Shown: positions 31,521-43,936 of the stretch, one piece after another
Position numbering within the stretch: position 1 is the first letter of the stretch
Layout: each line of letters starts with the position of its first letter
Origin: Phaeosaccion multiseriatum
Taxonomy: Eukaryota > Protista > Ochrophyta, other classes
Reading direction: 5' to 3'
Assembly: GCA_965112735.1 (NCBI GenBank)
Contig: OZ218958.1
Span: 2,418,001-2,482,000, forward strand
Length of the DNA stretch: 64,000 nt
Program-made: the position numbers and the translations under genes
Notes under the pieces: generated by a model
Seen by the model: the letters and a program-made list of their open reading frames with translations, nothing else
Databases searched by the model: none
What the model was told of the DNA's origin: nothing

Positions 31521-34500
31521 TGTTTGTGTGTGTGGTGTGTTTGTGTGTGTCTGTGTGTGTGTGTGCGCGTCTGTGTGTCTGTGTGTGTCTGTGTGTGTGT
31601 CTGTCTGTGTGTCTCTGTGTGTGTCTGTGTCTGTGTGTGCGTGTGTGTGCGAGCGGGATGGGGCCCACTTGCCCCACCGCTGTTTGCCCAAGACCGGCCT
31701 GCCCCCCCCTCATCTTGTGTCGTTGCTGCCGCTGCCCGCCTCTTCTCTGCCTGGTGCCCACAAACCCTCTTTGGACCATCTCCCCTGCGCCGTCCTTTCC
31801 TCCCTCCTTCCCTCCCTCCCTCCCTCCCCTCCTCCTCTCCTCGCTGCCGGTACTATCCCTGTTCACCCCACCCAACGTCGACAAGAATGCCATCCACGAG
31901 GCCATTACCTCAGTCACTAAAGGGGACATTCGAGTACTCCAAGTGGAGCAAGTGCCCAGAAGGTAAGCCGGAAGTGAGCCTATCTCAAGTCTCTCTAAGG
32001 GTTGAGATGAGGTGCCCTGAAGGTAAGACTCCATTGGCCTCCCCAGGGTTGGGGATGAAGATGAGGATAGGGTGGGGCTTGGGGGCTTAAGATTGAGGTT
32101 GAGGTTAAAGTTAAGGTTATGGTTGAGGTTAAGGTTAAGGTTGAGGTGAAGGTTAAGGTTAAGGCTGAGGTTAAGGTTAAGGATAAGGTTGAGGTTAAGG
32201 TTAAGGATATGGTTGAGGTTAAGGTTAAGGTTGAGGTTAAGGTTGAGGTTGAGGTTGAGGTTATGGTTAAGGTTAAGGTTGAGATGAGGTTAAGGTTGAG
32301 GTTAAGGTTAACGTTAAGGTGTGGGCGATAAGTGTTGAGGTGTTGGTCTCTGAGGGTGAGACTCTACACACCCCCCTTTCATGCAGACAGATATCCCCCT
32401 ATCATTAGATACCCGCCTATCATTGAGACAGACAGACGCCCCTCTATAGAGAGAGAACTCCCCAACAACGAACATTAGTCTTCCTTCCCTGTGTGTTAAT
32501 GTCAATACCATCCGCTCCCTCCCCTCCCTGCTTGCGTCCGTAACTGTCACAGGCTGCACTCGACCTTCTCCGCCAAATGGCGACGCTATGTGTATCTCTT
32601 TCCGCTCAACGAGGGGCCGCACGACGGACACGAAATCTGTGAGTGAGGGAGAGGAGAGAGGGAGGGAAGGAGTGAGTGAGTGAGAGGAGGGAGGGAGGGA
32701 GGGAGGAACGGAGGGGAGGGAAGGAGGGAAGGAGTAGTTGAGAGAGTAAGAGAGTGAAGGATTTAGTTTGTGAGTGGGCGGGAAAGTGAGGGTGTGTGTG
32801 AGTGAGGGAGTGCGTGAGTGAGTGAATGGGTGAGTGGTGAGGGAGTGAGTGGGTCAGTGAGTGAGTGAGTGAGTGCGTGCATGAGGGAGTGAGTGAATAT
32901 GGGAGGGAGTGGGTTAATGAATGAGTGTGTGTGAGTGAGGGAGTGCGTGAGTTAGGGAGGGAGTGAGTGTGCTACCACACCGCCCACATATACAACACAA
33001 CCACACTACTCACACATTCACGCACACACACACACACACGCCTGCCTCCTCTCCTGCACCCCGGCTCTTGGTTGACACTCATGACTGCATTAAGCATCAT
33101 TGGCTGTGGGTATCAATCGCTTTGGCGGGGGCGTGATTCAAACTGAAGCCGAAAACCTCTATGAAACCGAAAACCTCTACTCTAACTCTCGTCCACCTCT
33201 CCTCCGCGCCACTTTGGATCACAGGCGTGAAGCGAGCCAAGGCCATGCTTCAGAGCATCCAAGGAGGCAAGGAGAGGGGAGGCGAGGAGGAGGGGGGGGG
33301 CGAGGGCCATCGCTGGGGATCATTCATGTACGGCAAGATCAAGACCGCTCACAAGGAGGATGTGTGCCGCCTTATGGAGGCGAGAGCAAGGGTAAGGACC
33401 CTGCGCCTGAGCAGCGGGGAGGAGGTACCTGTCATGGCTGTGGAGCTAGGTAAGAGAGGGGAGGGGGGGGGGAGGGAGGGGTGGGCGACACTGCCTACTC
33501 TGCTAACATGGTCGGGCCTGCCTGTGCCATGGGTCCATACCCCGTACATACAAACCGCTCCTACCACGCCTTCGTTGTCTGTGCCTTCCGTCTGGTGCCA
33601 TATTAGCGATTCTTTTCGAGAGAGCCCTCCATCCCTTTTCTGCCCTTCATTGCGTGACAAAAGGCCCCCACTCTCTTCTCTCTTCTCCCTCCCTCCCTCC
33701 CTCCCTCCCTTCTCTCCTTGACTCCCTTCCTGGCGGTGGTGACCCATGTTCCTTCAACATGATTCATTGCCCCAACCCCAAACCCAAACTCAACCCCCTT
33801 CTCCGTCCACTGCCATCCGCCCTCTTCAATCCCTCCCCCCCTCCCACCCACCATCGGCTGCCATCCCCCTCCCTCTCCCGCCTCCAAAAGTGGGAGACAG
33901 GTTTCTGCGGCGGCAGGTGCGTGCGTTTCCCCCCATCCTCCTCCCTCTGTGTCGTATCTCCACATACCCAATCCATCCACTGCCATCCAATGCATCTCAC
34001 CCATCCACTGCCATCCAATCACTATGCTCCTCACTACCCAGGTGCGCATCCTTGTGTCGACCCTTGTACGTGAGTGCATGCTCGCGGCTCATCACGAGAC
34101 GACCGAAAGGGACGGGCTGAGCAAGGTGCCCCATGTGCTGAACGAAGGGCTCAAGAAGGCGCCGCTAGAGGTACCCGTGCCTCCCATGAGGCTGGACAGC
34201 GACGGGAAGAGAACGTGAGTATTTGAACAGAGTAGTGAGGTCTTTGGCAGAGCAGTAGTGAAGAGGCCACACCCTTTAAGTGCCATCGATGCCTGCCTAA
34301 AAGTAACGACCTGTCCGCCCCTCCTGGGGTGGCTTAGAAGAAGGGAGGGAGGTCGAGTAGTATAGTGAGAAGCAGGAAGGAAGAGCAGCCAAGCGCATCA
34401 TCGATCCTACGCCAAACAGGAACGAGACGGGGGCATGTATGACGACATGAGACAGCAAGGGGGGGGTGGTTGTGTGCTCTCTCGAGGGTTTCTCGTCCTC

Positions 34501-34727
34501 TCCCTCCCCTCTCACGGCTTTCCCATCCACTGCCACCCCTCTCCCTCAGGGTACCCTCCCCGTACATGCCGGGCTCGGAAACCGCTCTCCTGGACCTCCT
34601 TGGGGTGCCTCGAGATTGGATAGCGGCTCCTGCGCCATCCCTCGGCCTGGGCATGATGGGGGCCGGATACTCGGAGTGGGGATCGGAGCTCAGTCCGTGG
34701 GGGCGTGAGGACGAGGGAGGAGAATGA
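30624..34727 (+). pseudogene. Full-length TruA duplicate (unit L3), disabled
   Basis: ATG>ATA at 30624, TAG at 30663, 1-nt deletion in exon 2 (~31095-31102), GRTDAGV>GRTDARV (31417), and exon 4 acceptor CAG>CCG (31847-31849). Confidence 0.9.
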
Positions 34728-34833
34728 GGAGGAGGAGGATGAGGAGGAGGATGAGGAGGAGGATGAGGAGGAGGAGGAGGGGGGAGGAGGATGAGCAGGA
34801 GAAGGAGGAAGAGGAGGGGGATGATGATGATGG

Positions 34834-34872
<39 letters not shown>

Positions 34873-35570
34873 GGAGGAGCAGCAGCAGCAGCGGCTGCAG
34901 CAGGAGCTCGACTGAACGGAGCGAGAGCGGGATGGGGACGGGCGAGCTCCGTGTGGGAGGGAAGAGGGACGAAGGGGCACGAGAGACTGAGTGGGCTGTC
35001 ACAACGCCTCTGTACAGAGAGACACACAGGGCAGGTCAGACCAGGTCAGGGGGTTACCACGCCCCTCTGTGGAAGGACAAGCAAGACAGGGCATGTCAAG
35101 GTCAAGCCAGGTAAGGTCAGGTGGTGCTGTTGAGTGCCTCCGTCGATATGCAAGACTTTGCTTATGCATACGTTTATGAAATCCCACTCTGCGATGAGAC
35201 AGTTCGCAGACTAATAGAGAGAGGGATTGGAAGAAAGGCATGGCAGTTAGACCAAGGGAGAGCACAGACGGTTTTCAGTTTCAGTGACCGTATCAACAAT
35301 ACCGAACACCATACATAGGGTGGATCTCGCAGAAGGGGGTTCGATCGATTCATTTGGACTCACTTAATGCGCTACACGGTACGAGGGAGCGGCTCGGAGG
35401 CAGGAGGGAAGACCCCCCTCCTTGGACCCAATCCAATCAACGGTACACCTCCTCTCGCGCTTCTTCAGAGGAGCGATGGAAGGCGTTCCACTACTTCTCT
35501 CTCGCCTCCCACCACAGGCAGGGCAGCCTCACTCGCACGTGCAGCTTCTCAAGCCTTGGGTTGGCGATGC

Positions 35571-37655
35571 TCAGGGGTCAGCTCTGCTTCTCTTCCGCGA
35601 TGGCCCTTCTGTCTCCTCCTTCTCAGTCTCGTTCTGCTCCAGCTCAAAGCCGTACTCTCCCATCAGCGTCTTCACCTCCCTCGACATGCCCTCCAAGCAG
35701 AAGAACTCCGCGGCCTGCAGAGCCTGCTTCGCTCGAACGTCGTCGAACAGCTTCACACGCTTCCTCTTCTTGCCGCCCCGGTCAGTGCCTTCAGCCCCAC
35801 CCCCTCCTCCTCCTCGTCTGCCGCTGCTGCTGTTGCTGCTCGCGCCCCCCTCTGTACCTCCCTCTCCCGGCCTTCTCGTCAGCAGCTCCTCCACACTGCC
35901 CGTCGTCACGAACTGCACCACAGCCTCAAAGCCCTCCTCGGTGAAATCCACGCCATCATACTTCAGCTCTACACGCTTCATCTGCTTCTTGCCCTTCCCT
36001 GCCCCCTTCTCCTCCCCATCATCATCTTCATCAACCCCCTTGTAGCCGTGCTTCCTCGGGTCAAGCATATTCGGAAGAATGCCTGCCGCTGAGGCTTGGC
36101 CTGAGGAGGTCTTCACTCTTTCCTCCTCTCTCCCACTGACCCTCGCCGCCAGCCGCTCCATCAGAGGGATGCTCAAGACGTACTGCTTCTCGCCCTTCTC
36201 TCCACTGCGCGTATTCACCAGCCTAGCTCGCACTGTGCTGTCAGCCTTCTCATTCTCGGCACCAGCTAAAACGGACATGCAGTGCTCCGAAACGGTGTGG
36301 AGTCTGTCGGTGACAGCGTTGCGCCCCTCCCGTTCTTTCCTGATGAAAGAGTTAATGACACCGCTGAACCCTGCCTCCCCCACCGCTTTCATCACCTTGT
36401 CGTCAACGGCAGCGCCCATCTTCAGCAGGAATCGAGCCACCTTCTCGCGCGCCTCCTTCTCTCCTGGTGATGTAAAAAAACTCTCCAACGTCTGAGCTAT
36501 CTTCCCTTCTCCAGGGCGCATGCACGATACCAAAGGACTTTCACCATCATCGGTGAGGGCATCGATCGCCGCTCCGCCCTCCACCAGGAGGTAGGCCATC
36601 TTGATGCTGCCCAGGGCGGCCGCGAGATGCAGTGCGGTGATCGAATTATTGTCCGTGACATCGACAGAGGCATCGGCGCTTATCAGCTCGCTCACAACCT
36701 TCACGTGGCCTCTGACGACAGCAAACATGAGGCAAGTGCTACCATGTACATCGACAGCATCAAGGGGGGCACCGCGGCGAATGAGCTCCTTCACACATCC
36801 CAGATGTCCATAAAAAGAGGCACAGTGGAGCGGCGTGCACAAATCGTTGCGCGTTGCATCGACCTGCAGCCCTCTGCCCACAAGAATGGGGATGCACTGC
36901 TCGTGTCCGGAGTACGCGGCAATGTGCAGGAGAGTGTCGCCATATTCGTCCTTCACCTGCACATCTGCGCCTTTCTTGAGAAAGACTGACAGAGCCTCGG
37001 CCCGCCCTGCTTTCGAGCCCTGCTTATAAATCGATGCGCAGCAAAGCTGGGCAGCCGTGTCCCCATCCTGATTCTTCTCGACGACATTGGCCCCCGCCTT
37101 CAGCAGCATCTTCACAATCGAAGGGCTCCCAGCCCGAGCCGCATAGTGCAAGGCGTAGGTCCCCTCCCGTTTAGCTCCATGCTTAAGCAAGTACCACACT
37201 ATCATGGGGTGGCCGGCTTTAGCAGCAAGGCGCAGAGGTGTCCATCCAACATTGGTAATACGCTTGGTGTTGACATCCGCACCTGCCTCCACTAGCCCCT
37301 TCACCAAGTCAAAGTGCCCCCTGCGTGCAGCAAGGTGCAGAGCCGTCCCGGAACCCCCATCTCGCCTGGTGTCAACGCTTAGTCCGCACTCCCCCAGCAG
37401 CTTCACCCCCTCCAGCATCCTCGAACCCTTCACCTCCGAGCAGCGTGTCTCCTTGCTCTTCTCAGCATCCGCGAGGTAGTGCAGCGGACCATACCCCTTC
37501 TGCTTCAGCTCCTCGACATCGACGGTGCAGAGAACGGCCTTGAGCAAGAGCAGGAGGTCCTCCTTGCTGCTTCCCCAGCCCGAAGCCTCCAGCTCAGCTC
37601 TCTTGTCGTACCACTCCTGCACCTTCCCGGCAATCCTCTCCCGCTCCGCGCTCAT
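35571..37655 (-). CDS. Ankyrin-repeat/BTB-POZ-like protein, copy A5 (694 aa)
   Basis: Open ORF; 2-aa insertion in the repeat 3 beta-hairpin (KRITNVGWTPL). Confidence 0.88.
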   Translation of the reverse strand: MSAERERIAGKVQEWYDKRAELEASGWGSSKEDLLLLLKAVLCTVDVEELKQKGYGPLHYLADAEKSKETRCSEVKGSRMLEGVKLLGECGLSVDTRRDGGSGTALHLAARRGHFDLVKGLVEAGADVNTKRITNVGWTPLRLAAKAGHPMIVWYLLKHGAKREGTYALHYAARAGSPSIVKMLLKAGANVVEKNQDGDTAAQLCCASIYKQGSKAGRAEALSVFLKKGADVQVKDEYGDTLLHIAAYSGHEQCIPILVGRGLQVDATRNDLCTPLHCASFYGHLGCVKELIRRGAPLDAVDVHGSTCLMFAVVRGHVKVVSELISADASVDVTDNNSITALHLAAALGSIKMAYLLVEGGAAIDALTDDGESPLVSCMRPGEGKIAQTLESFFTSPGEKEAREKVARFLLKMGAAVDDKVMKAVGEAGFSGVINSFIRKEREGRNAVTDRLHTVSEHCMSVLAGAENEKADSTVRARLVNTRSGEKGEKQYVLSIPLMERLAARVSGREEERVKTSSGQASAAGILPNMLDPRKHGYKGVDEDDDGEEKGAGKGKKQMKRVELKYDGVDFTEEGFEAVVQFVTTGSVEELLTRRPGEGGTEGGASSNSSSGRRGGGGGGAEGTDRGGKKRKRVKLFDDVRAKQALQAAEFFCLEGMSREVKTLMGEYGFELEQNETEKEETEGPSRKRSRADP

Positions 37656-38836
37656 CTTCCTCGAGAGCACACTCTTCCCCTACCCCGAGCGACTCTGTCG
37701 TACAGACAAGAGAAGAACGGTGCGGAAGAAGGAAAATAGAGGCCACTCCGGCAGCCTCGAGCTTTGAAAGCGTCTGGTAGAGCAGTCACCACAGATCGGG
37801 ACAGATGGCGGTGGGAAAGCCGACAGGAAGAAAGGCAGCGAATACAGACTGAGAGCCTTAGAAGGAGATAGAGAGGAGCACGAGCGGAACGAGGGGAGAG
37901 GGAGGGGGGAACGGTGTCGGTATAAAGTGTGCGAGAGGGGGGAGGGGGAATTTAACGCCCTGTGAGTCGTAGGCCTTTACAGACGAAAGAGTTCCAGCTC
38001 CCTTTTGATATCCCCTTTTTTTACTTTTGTTTGTCGTCATTGGAGGGAGGAGACGAATACAAGAGATACAGGCTATCGCAGACGAAGCGCTATGGCTGTC
38101 TCAGAGAACATTTTGTGGAATAAGGGTTGGGCTGCTGAAAGTGTGCTCGCGGCGTTTGCGTGGCGAGAATTGGCAGCTGATAAAGCGAGGGTAACTATGA
38201 CCATCTCAGTCAGGAGGATGGGCGAGCGCGACTCCATCCTCGGAGATAGAGCTTGGGCAGCCATGTGCCTCTTCCGTAGGATTGTGCGGAGCTTTTGATG
38301 TGCCGTCCTTGCTCTGTCACGCCACAGTCACCTTGACTTTTCCCTCAAAGGGTGAGTAATACTTGGGTTTGCTGATGTAGTAGCAACGAGTAGATGCTGA
38401 TGCTGGCCTTATGTACCGATCTCAGGGCCCGTCAGGTCATCATGCACTCCGTATAACACGTCTGGCAACTCCCGCACCACCGCTGTCTCCATGGGGCTTT
38501 GGTAGCGGGCCTCTCGCCGTGTTCTGCGTAGGGCTAAGTAGACGCAAAGGTGAGAGAGCAGGAGGCATGGAGAGGAGGCGAAACGGAAGGCTTTCCTCCT
38601 GAGCTATTGGCGGCACAGCAGGAATCGAAGGATCAAAGGTGTAGGCTGACAGATGCCCAAGTTTCAGCTTCCGCGAGCGTAAACCCATTTGGACAACAAT
38701 GGCGGGCCTGTCCCCTCTCTCATTTCCCCCCGTCAGAGTATCGGTCTTGCTCAATTGGCGTCATGGTAACCTCCCTGCCCCTAAACCTCTACTCTAACTC
38801 TCGTCCACCTCTCCTCCGCGCCACTTTTGATCACAG

Positions 38837-40366
38837 GCGTGAAGCGAGCCAACGCCATGCTTCAGAGCATCCAAGGAGGCAAGGAGAGGGGAGGCGAGGA
38901 GGAGGGGGGGGGCGAGGGCCATCGCTGGGGATCATTCATGCACGGCAAGATCAAGACCGCTCACAAGGAAGATGTGTGCCGCCTTATGGAGGCGAGAGCA
39001 AGGGTAAGGACCCTGCGCCTGAGCAGCGGGGAGGAGGTACCTGTCATGGCTGTGGAGCTAGGTAAGAGAGGGGAGGGGGGGGGGGAGGGAGGGGTGGGCG
39101 ACACTGCCTACTCTGCTAACATGGTCGGGCCTGCCTGTGCCATGGGTCCATACGCCGTACATACAAACCGCTCCTACCACGCCTTCGTTGTCTGCGCCTT
39201 CCGTCTGGTGCCATATTAGCGCTTCTTTTCGAGAGAGCCCTCCATCCCTTTTCTGCCCTTCATTGCGTGACAAAAGGCCCCCACTCTCTTCTCCCTTCTC
39301 TCTTCTCCCTCCCTCCCTCCCTCCCTCCCTTCTCTCCTTGACTCCCTTCCTGGCGGTGGCGACCCATGTTCCTTCAACATGATTCATTGCCCCAACCCCA
39401 AACCCAAACTCAACCCCGTTCCCCGTCCACTGCCATCCGCCCTCTTCAATCCCTCCCCCCCTCCCACCCACCATCGGCTGCCATCCCCCTCCCTCTCCCG
39501 CCTCCAAAAGTGGGAGACAGGTTTCTGCGGCGGCAGGTGCGTGCGTTTCCCCCCCTCCTCCTCCATCCTCCCCTCCCTCCATATCGTATCTCCACATACC
39601 CAATCCATCCACTGCCATCCAATGCATCTCATCCATCCACTGCCATCCAATCACCATACTCCTGACTACTCAGGTGCGCATCCTTGTGTCGACCCTTGTA
39701 CGTGAGTGCATGCTCGCGGCTCATCACGAGACGACCGAAAGGGACAGGCTGAGCAAGGTGCCCCATGTGCTGAACGAAGGGCTCAAGAAGGCGCCGCTAG
39801 AGGTACCCGTGCCTCCCATGAGGCTGGACAGCGACGGGAAGAGAACGTGAGTGTTTGAGCAGAGTAGTGAGGTCTTTGGCAGAGCAGTAGTGAAGAGATC
39901 ACGCCCTTTAAGTGCCATCGATGCCTACCTAAAAGTAACGACCTGTCCGCCCCTCCTGGGGTGGCTTAGAAGAAGGGAGGGAGGTCGAGTAGTATAGTGA
40001 GAAGCAGGAAGGAAGAGCAGCCAAGCGCATCATCGATCCTACGCCAAACAGGAACGAGACGAGGGCATGTATGACGACATGAGACAGCAAGGGGGGGGGG
40101 GTTGTGTGCTCTCGCGAGGGTTTATCGTCCTCTCCCTCGCTCCCCTCTCACGGCTTTCCCATCCACTGCCACCCCTCTCCCTCAGGGTACCCTCCCCGTA
40201 CATGCCGGGCTCGGACACCGCTCTCCTGGACCTCCTTGGGGTGCCTCGAGATTGGATAGCGGCTCCTGCGCCATCCCTCGGCCTGGGCATGATGGGGGCC
40301 GGATACTCGGAGTGGGGATCGGAGCTCAGTCCGTGGGAGCGTCGTGAGGACGAGGGAGGAGGATGA
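38837..40366 (+). pseudogene. 5'-truncated TruA fragment (exons 6-9), unit S3
   Basis: Same deletion junction as S1 and S2 (~38783). Confidence 0.88.
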
Positions 40367-40490
40367 GGAGGAGGAGGAGGAGGAGGAGAGGCGGGAGGAG
40401 GAGGAGGAGGAGGGGGGTGTAGAGGCGGGAGGAGGAGGAGGAGGAGGATGATGATGATGATGATCATGATGATGATGATAATGATGATGG

Positions 40491-40600
<110 letters not shown>

Positions 40601-41310
40601 GGAGGAGGAGGAGGAGGAGGAGGAGGAGGATGAGGAGGAGGAGGAGGAGCAGCAGCAGCAGCAGTAGCGGCAAGAGCTCGACTGCACGGAGCGAGAGCGG
40701 GATGGGGACGGGCGAGCTCCGTGTGGGAGGGAAGGGGGATGAAGGGGCACGAGAGACTGAGTGGGCTGTCACAACGCCCCTGTACAGAGAGACACATAGG
40801 GCAGGTCAGACCAGGTCAGGGGGTTACCACGCCCCTCTGTGGAAGGACAAGCAAGACAGGGCATGTCAAGGTCAAGCCAGGTAAGGTGAGGTGGTGCTGT
40901 TGAGTGCCTCCGTCGGTGAACAAGACTTTGCTGTTACATACGTTTATGAAATCCCACTCTGCGATGAGACAGTTCGCAGAGTAAAGAGAGGGATTGGAAG
41001 AACGGCATGGCACTTAGACCAAGGGAGAGCACAGACGGTTTTCAGTTTCAGCGACCTTTTCAAAAAATACAGAAGGGGCTTCGATCGATCCATTTGGACG
41101 CACTTAATGCTCTACACGGTACGAGGGAGCCGCTCGGAGGCAGGAGGGAAGACCCCCCTCCTTGGACCCAATCCAATCAACGGTACACCTCCTCTCGCGC
41201 TTCTTCAGAGGAGCGATGGAAGGCATTCCACTACTTCTCTCTCGCCTCCCACCACAGGCAGGGCAGGCTCCCTCGCACGTGCAGCTTCTCAAGTCTTGGG
41301 TTGGCGATGC

Positions 41311-43389
41311 TCAGGGGTCAGCCCTGCTTCTTTTCCGCGATGGCCCATCTTCCTCCTCCTTCTCAGTCTCGTTCTGCTCCAGCTCGAAGCCGTACTCTCC
41401 CATCAGCGTCTTCACCTCCCTCGACATGCCCTCCAAGCAGAAGAACTCCGCGGCCTGCAGAGCCTGCTTCGCTCGAACGTCGTCGAACAGCTTCACACGC
41501 TTCCTCTTCTTGCCGCCCCGGCCAGTCCCTTCAGCCCCCCCCCCTCCTCCTCCTCGACTGCCGCTGCTGCTGTTGCTGCTGGCGCCCCCCTCTGTACCTC
41601 CCTCTCGCGGCTTTCTCGTCAGCAGCTCCTCCACACTGCCCGTCGTCACGAACTGCACCACAGCCTCAAAGCCCTCCTCCGTGAAGTCCACGCCATCATA
41701 GCTCAGCTCTACAATCTTCATCTCTTTCTTGCCCTTCCCTGCCCCCTTCTCCTCCCCATCATCATCTTCATCATCCCCCTTGTAGCCGTGCTTCCTCGGG
41801 TCAAGCATATTCGGAAGAATGCCTGCCGCTGAGGCTTGGCCTGAGGAGGTCTTCACTCTTTCCTCCTCTCTCCCACCGACCCTCGCCGCCAGCTGCTTCA
41901 TCAGAGGGATGCTCAAGACGTACTGCTTCTCGCCCTTCTCTCCACTGCAATTATTCACCAGCCTAACCCGCACTGTGCTGTCAGCCTTCTCATCCTCAGC
42001 ACCAGCTAAAACGGACATGCAGTGCTCCGAAACGGTGTGAAGTCTGTCTGTGACAGCGTTGCGCCCCTCCCGTTCTGTCCTGATGGAAGAATCAATGACA
42101 CCACTGAAGCCTACCTCCCCTGCCGCTTTCATAACCTTCTCGTCAACGGCAGCGCCCATCTTCAGCAGGAATCGAGCCACCTTCTCGCGCGCCTCCTTTT
42201 CTCCTGGTGATGTGTGACAATACTTCAAATTCTGAGCTACCGTCCCTTCCGCAGGGCTCATGCACGATACCAAAGGACTTTCACCATCATCAGTGAGGGC
42301 ATCGACCGCCGCTCCACCCTCCACCAGGAGGTAGGCCATCTTGATGTTGCCCAGGGCGGCCGCGACATGCAGTGCGGTGATCGAATTCTTGTCCTTGACA
42401 TCGACAGAGGCATCGGCGCGTATCAGCTCGCTCACAACCTTCACGTGGCCTTTGCCGATAGCATACATGAGGGAAGTGCTACCAAGTGCACTGACAGCAT
42501 CAAGGGGGGCACCGCGGCGAATGAGCTCCTTCACACATCCCAGATGTCTATGAAAAGAGGCCAAGTGGAGAGGCGTTTCCAAGATGTTGTCCACTGCATC
42601 GACCTGCAGCCCTCTGCCCACAAGAATGGGGATGCACTGCTCGTTTCCGGAGCCCGCGGCGAGGTGCAGGAGAGTGTGGCCAACTTCGTCCTTCACCTTC
42701 ACATCTGCGCCCTTCTTGAGCAAGATCGACAGAGCCTCGCCCCGCCCTGCTTTTGAGCCCTGCCCCTCCTTCCCTCCGCAGCACATCTGGGCAGCCGTAT
42801 ATCCATCCTGATCTCCCTCGAATACATTGGCCCCTGCCTTCAGCAACATCTTCACACTCGAAGGGCTCCCATTCCAAGCCGCACTGTGCAAGGCGTAGGT
42901 CCCCTCCCATTTGGCTCCATGCTTAAGCAAGTACCACACTATCATGGGGTGGCCAGTGTGAGCAGCAAGGCGCAGAGGTGTTGTTCCAACATGATCCTTG
43001 ATGTTGACATCCGCACCCGCCTCCACTAACCCCTTCACCAAGTCAAAGTGCCCCCTCCATGCAGCTTGGTGCAGAGCCGTCCAGGAACCCCCATCTCGCC
43101 TGGTGTCAACGCATAGTCCGCACTCCTCCAGCAGCTTCACCCCCTCCAGCATTCTCGGTCCCTTCACCTCCGAACAGCGTGTCTTCTTGCTCTTCTCAGC
43201 CTCGGCGAGGTAGTGCAGCGGACCAAACCCCTTCTGCTTCAGCTCCTCGACATCGACGGTGCAGAGAACGGCCTTGAGCAAGAGCAGGAGGTCCTCCTTG
43301 CTGCTTCCCCAGCCCGAAGCCTCCAGCTCAGCTCTCTTGTCATACCACTCCTGCACCTTCCCAGCAATCCTCTCTCGCTCTGCACTCAT
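41311..43389 (-). CDS. Ankyrin-repeat/BTB-POZ-like protein, copy A6 (692 aa), terminal copy of the array
   Basis: Open ORF; head-to-head with CWF19L1, with the two ATGs 258 bp apart. Confidence 0.88.
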   Translation of the reverse strand: MSAERERIAGKVQEWYDKRAELEASGWGSSKEDLLLLLKAVLCTVDVEELKQKGFGPLHYLAEAEKSKKTRCSEVKGPRMLEGVKLLEECGLCVDTRRDGGSWTALHQAAWRGHFDLVKGLVEAGADVNIKDHVGTTPLRLAAHTGHPMIVWYLLKHGAKWEGTYALHSAAWNGSPSSVKMLLKAGANVFEGDQDGYTAAQMCCGGKEGQGSKAGRGEALSILLKKGADVKVKDEVGHTLLHLAAGSGNEQCIPILVGRGLQVDAVDNILETPLHLASFHRHLGCVKELIRRGAPLDAVSALGSTSLMYAIGKGHVKVVSELIRADASVDVKDKNSITALHVAAALGNIKMAYLLVEGGAAVDALTDDGESPLVSCMSPAEGTVAQNLKYCHTSPGEKEAREKVARFLLKMGAAVDEKVMKAAGEVGFSGVIDSSIRTEREGRNAVTDRLHTVSEHCMSVLAGAEDEKADSTVRVRLVNNCSGEKGEKQYVLSIPLMKQLAARVGGREEERVKTSSGQASAAGILPNMLDPRKHGYKGDDEDDDGEEKGAGKGKKEMKIVELSYDGVDFTEEGFEAVVQFVTTGSVEELLTRKPREGGTEGGASSNSSSGSRGGGGGGAEGTGRGGKKRKRVKLFDDVRAKQALQAAEFFCLEGMSREVKTLMGEYGFELEQNETEKEEEDGPSRKRSRADP

Positions 43390-43646
43390 CTTCCTCGAGA
43401 GCACACTCGCTCTTCCCCTACCCCGAGCGACTCTGTCGTACAGACAGGAACAAACGTAGCGAACATAGGCTGAGAGGCTCAGAAGGAGATAGAGAGCAGC
43501 ACGAGCGGAAGAGGGGCAGAGGAAGAGGGAGAGGGAGAGGAGGGGGAGGAATCCAAAGCCGTGTGCCCATACGCCTCCATTTTGTGCTGCTCACAGGGGC
43601 GATCGATAGGCGATCCGATATCACAAGGCCAAGCAAAGACTGCAAG

Positions 43647-43855
43647 ATGAAGGTGCTAGTGGCTGGAGATGTGCAAGGGAAGCTGTCGGTGCTCTTCGAT
43701 AAAGTGCAGGCCATAAACAAGTGAGTACAGCTTCTTCTATGTCCCCCATCCACTCCAAATCTCTATATCCCACGAGTCCTGGCGTGCTTAGCCCAGCCTT
43801 GTTATAGCTGCTCTCTCTGCACTCCATAGGCATGACTGTCTCGCTGGTGCTCTCT

Positions 43856-43936
<81 letters not shown>

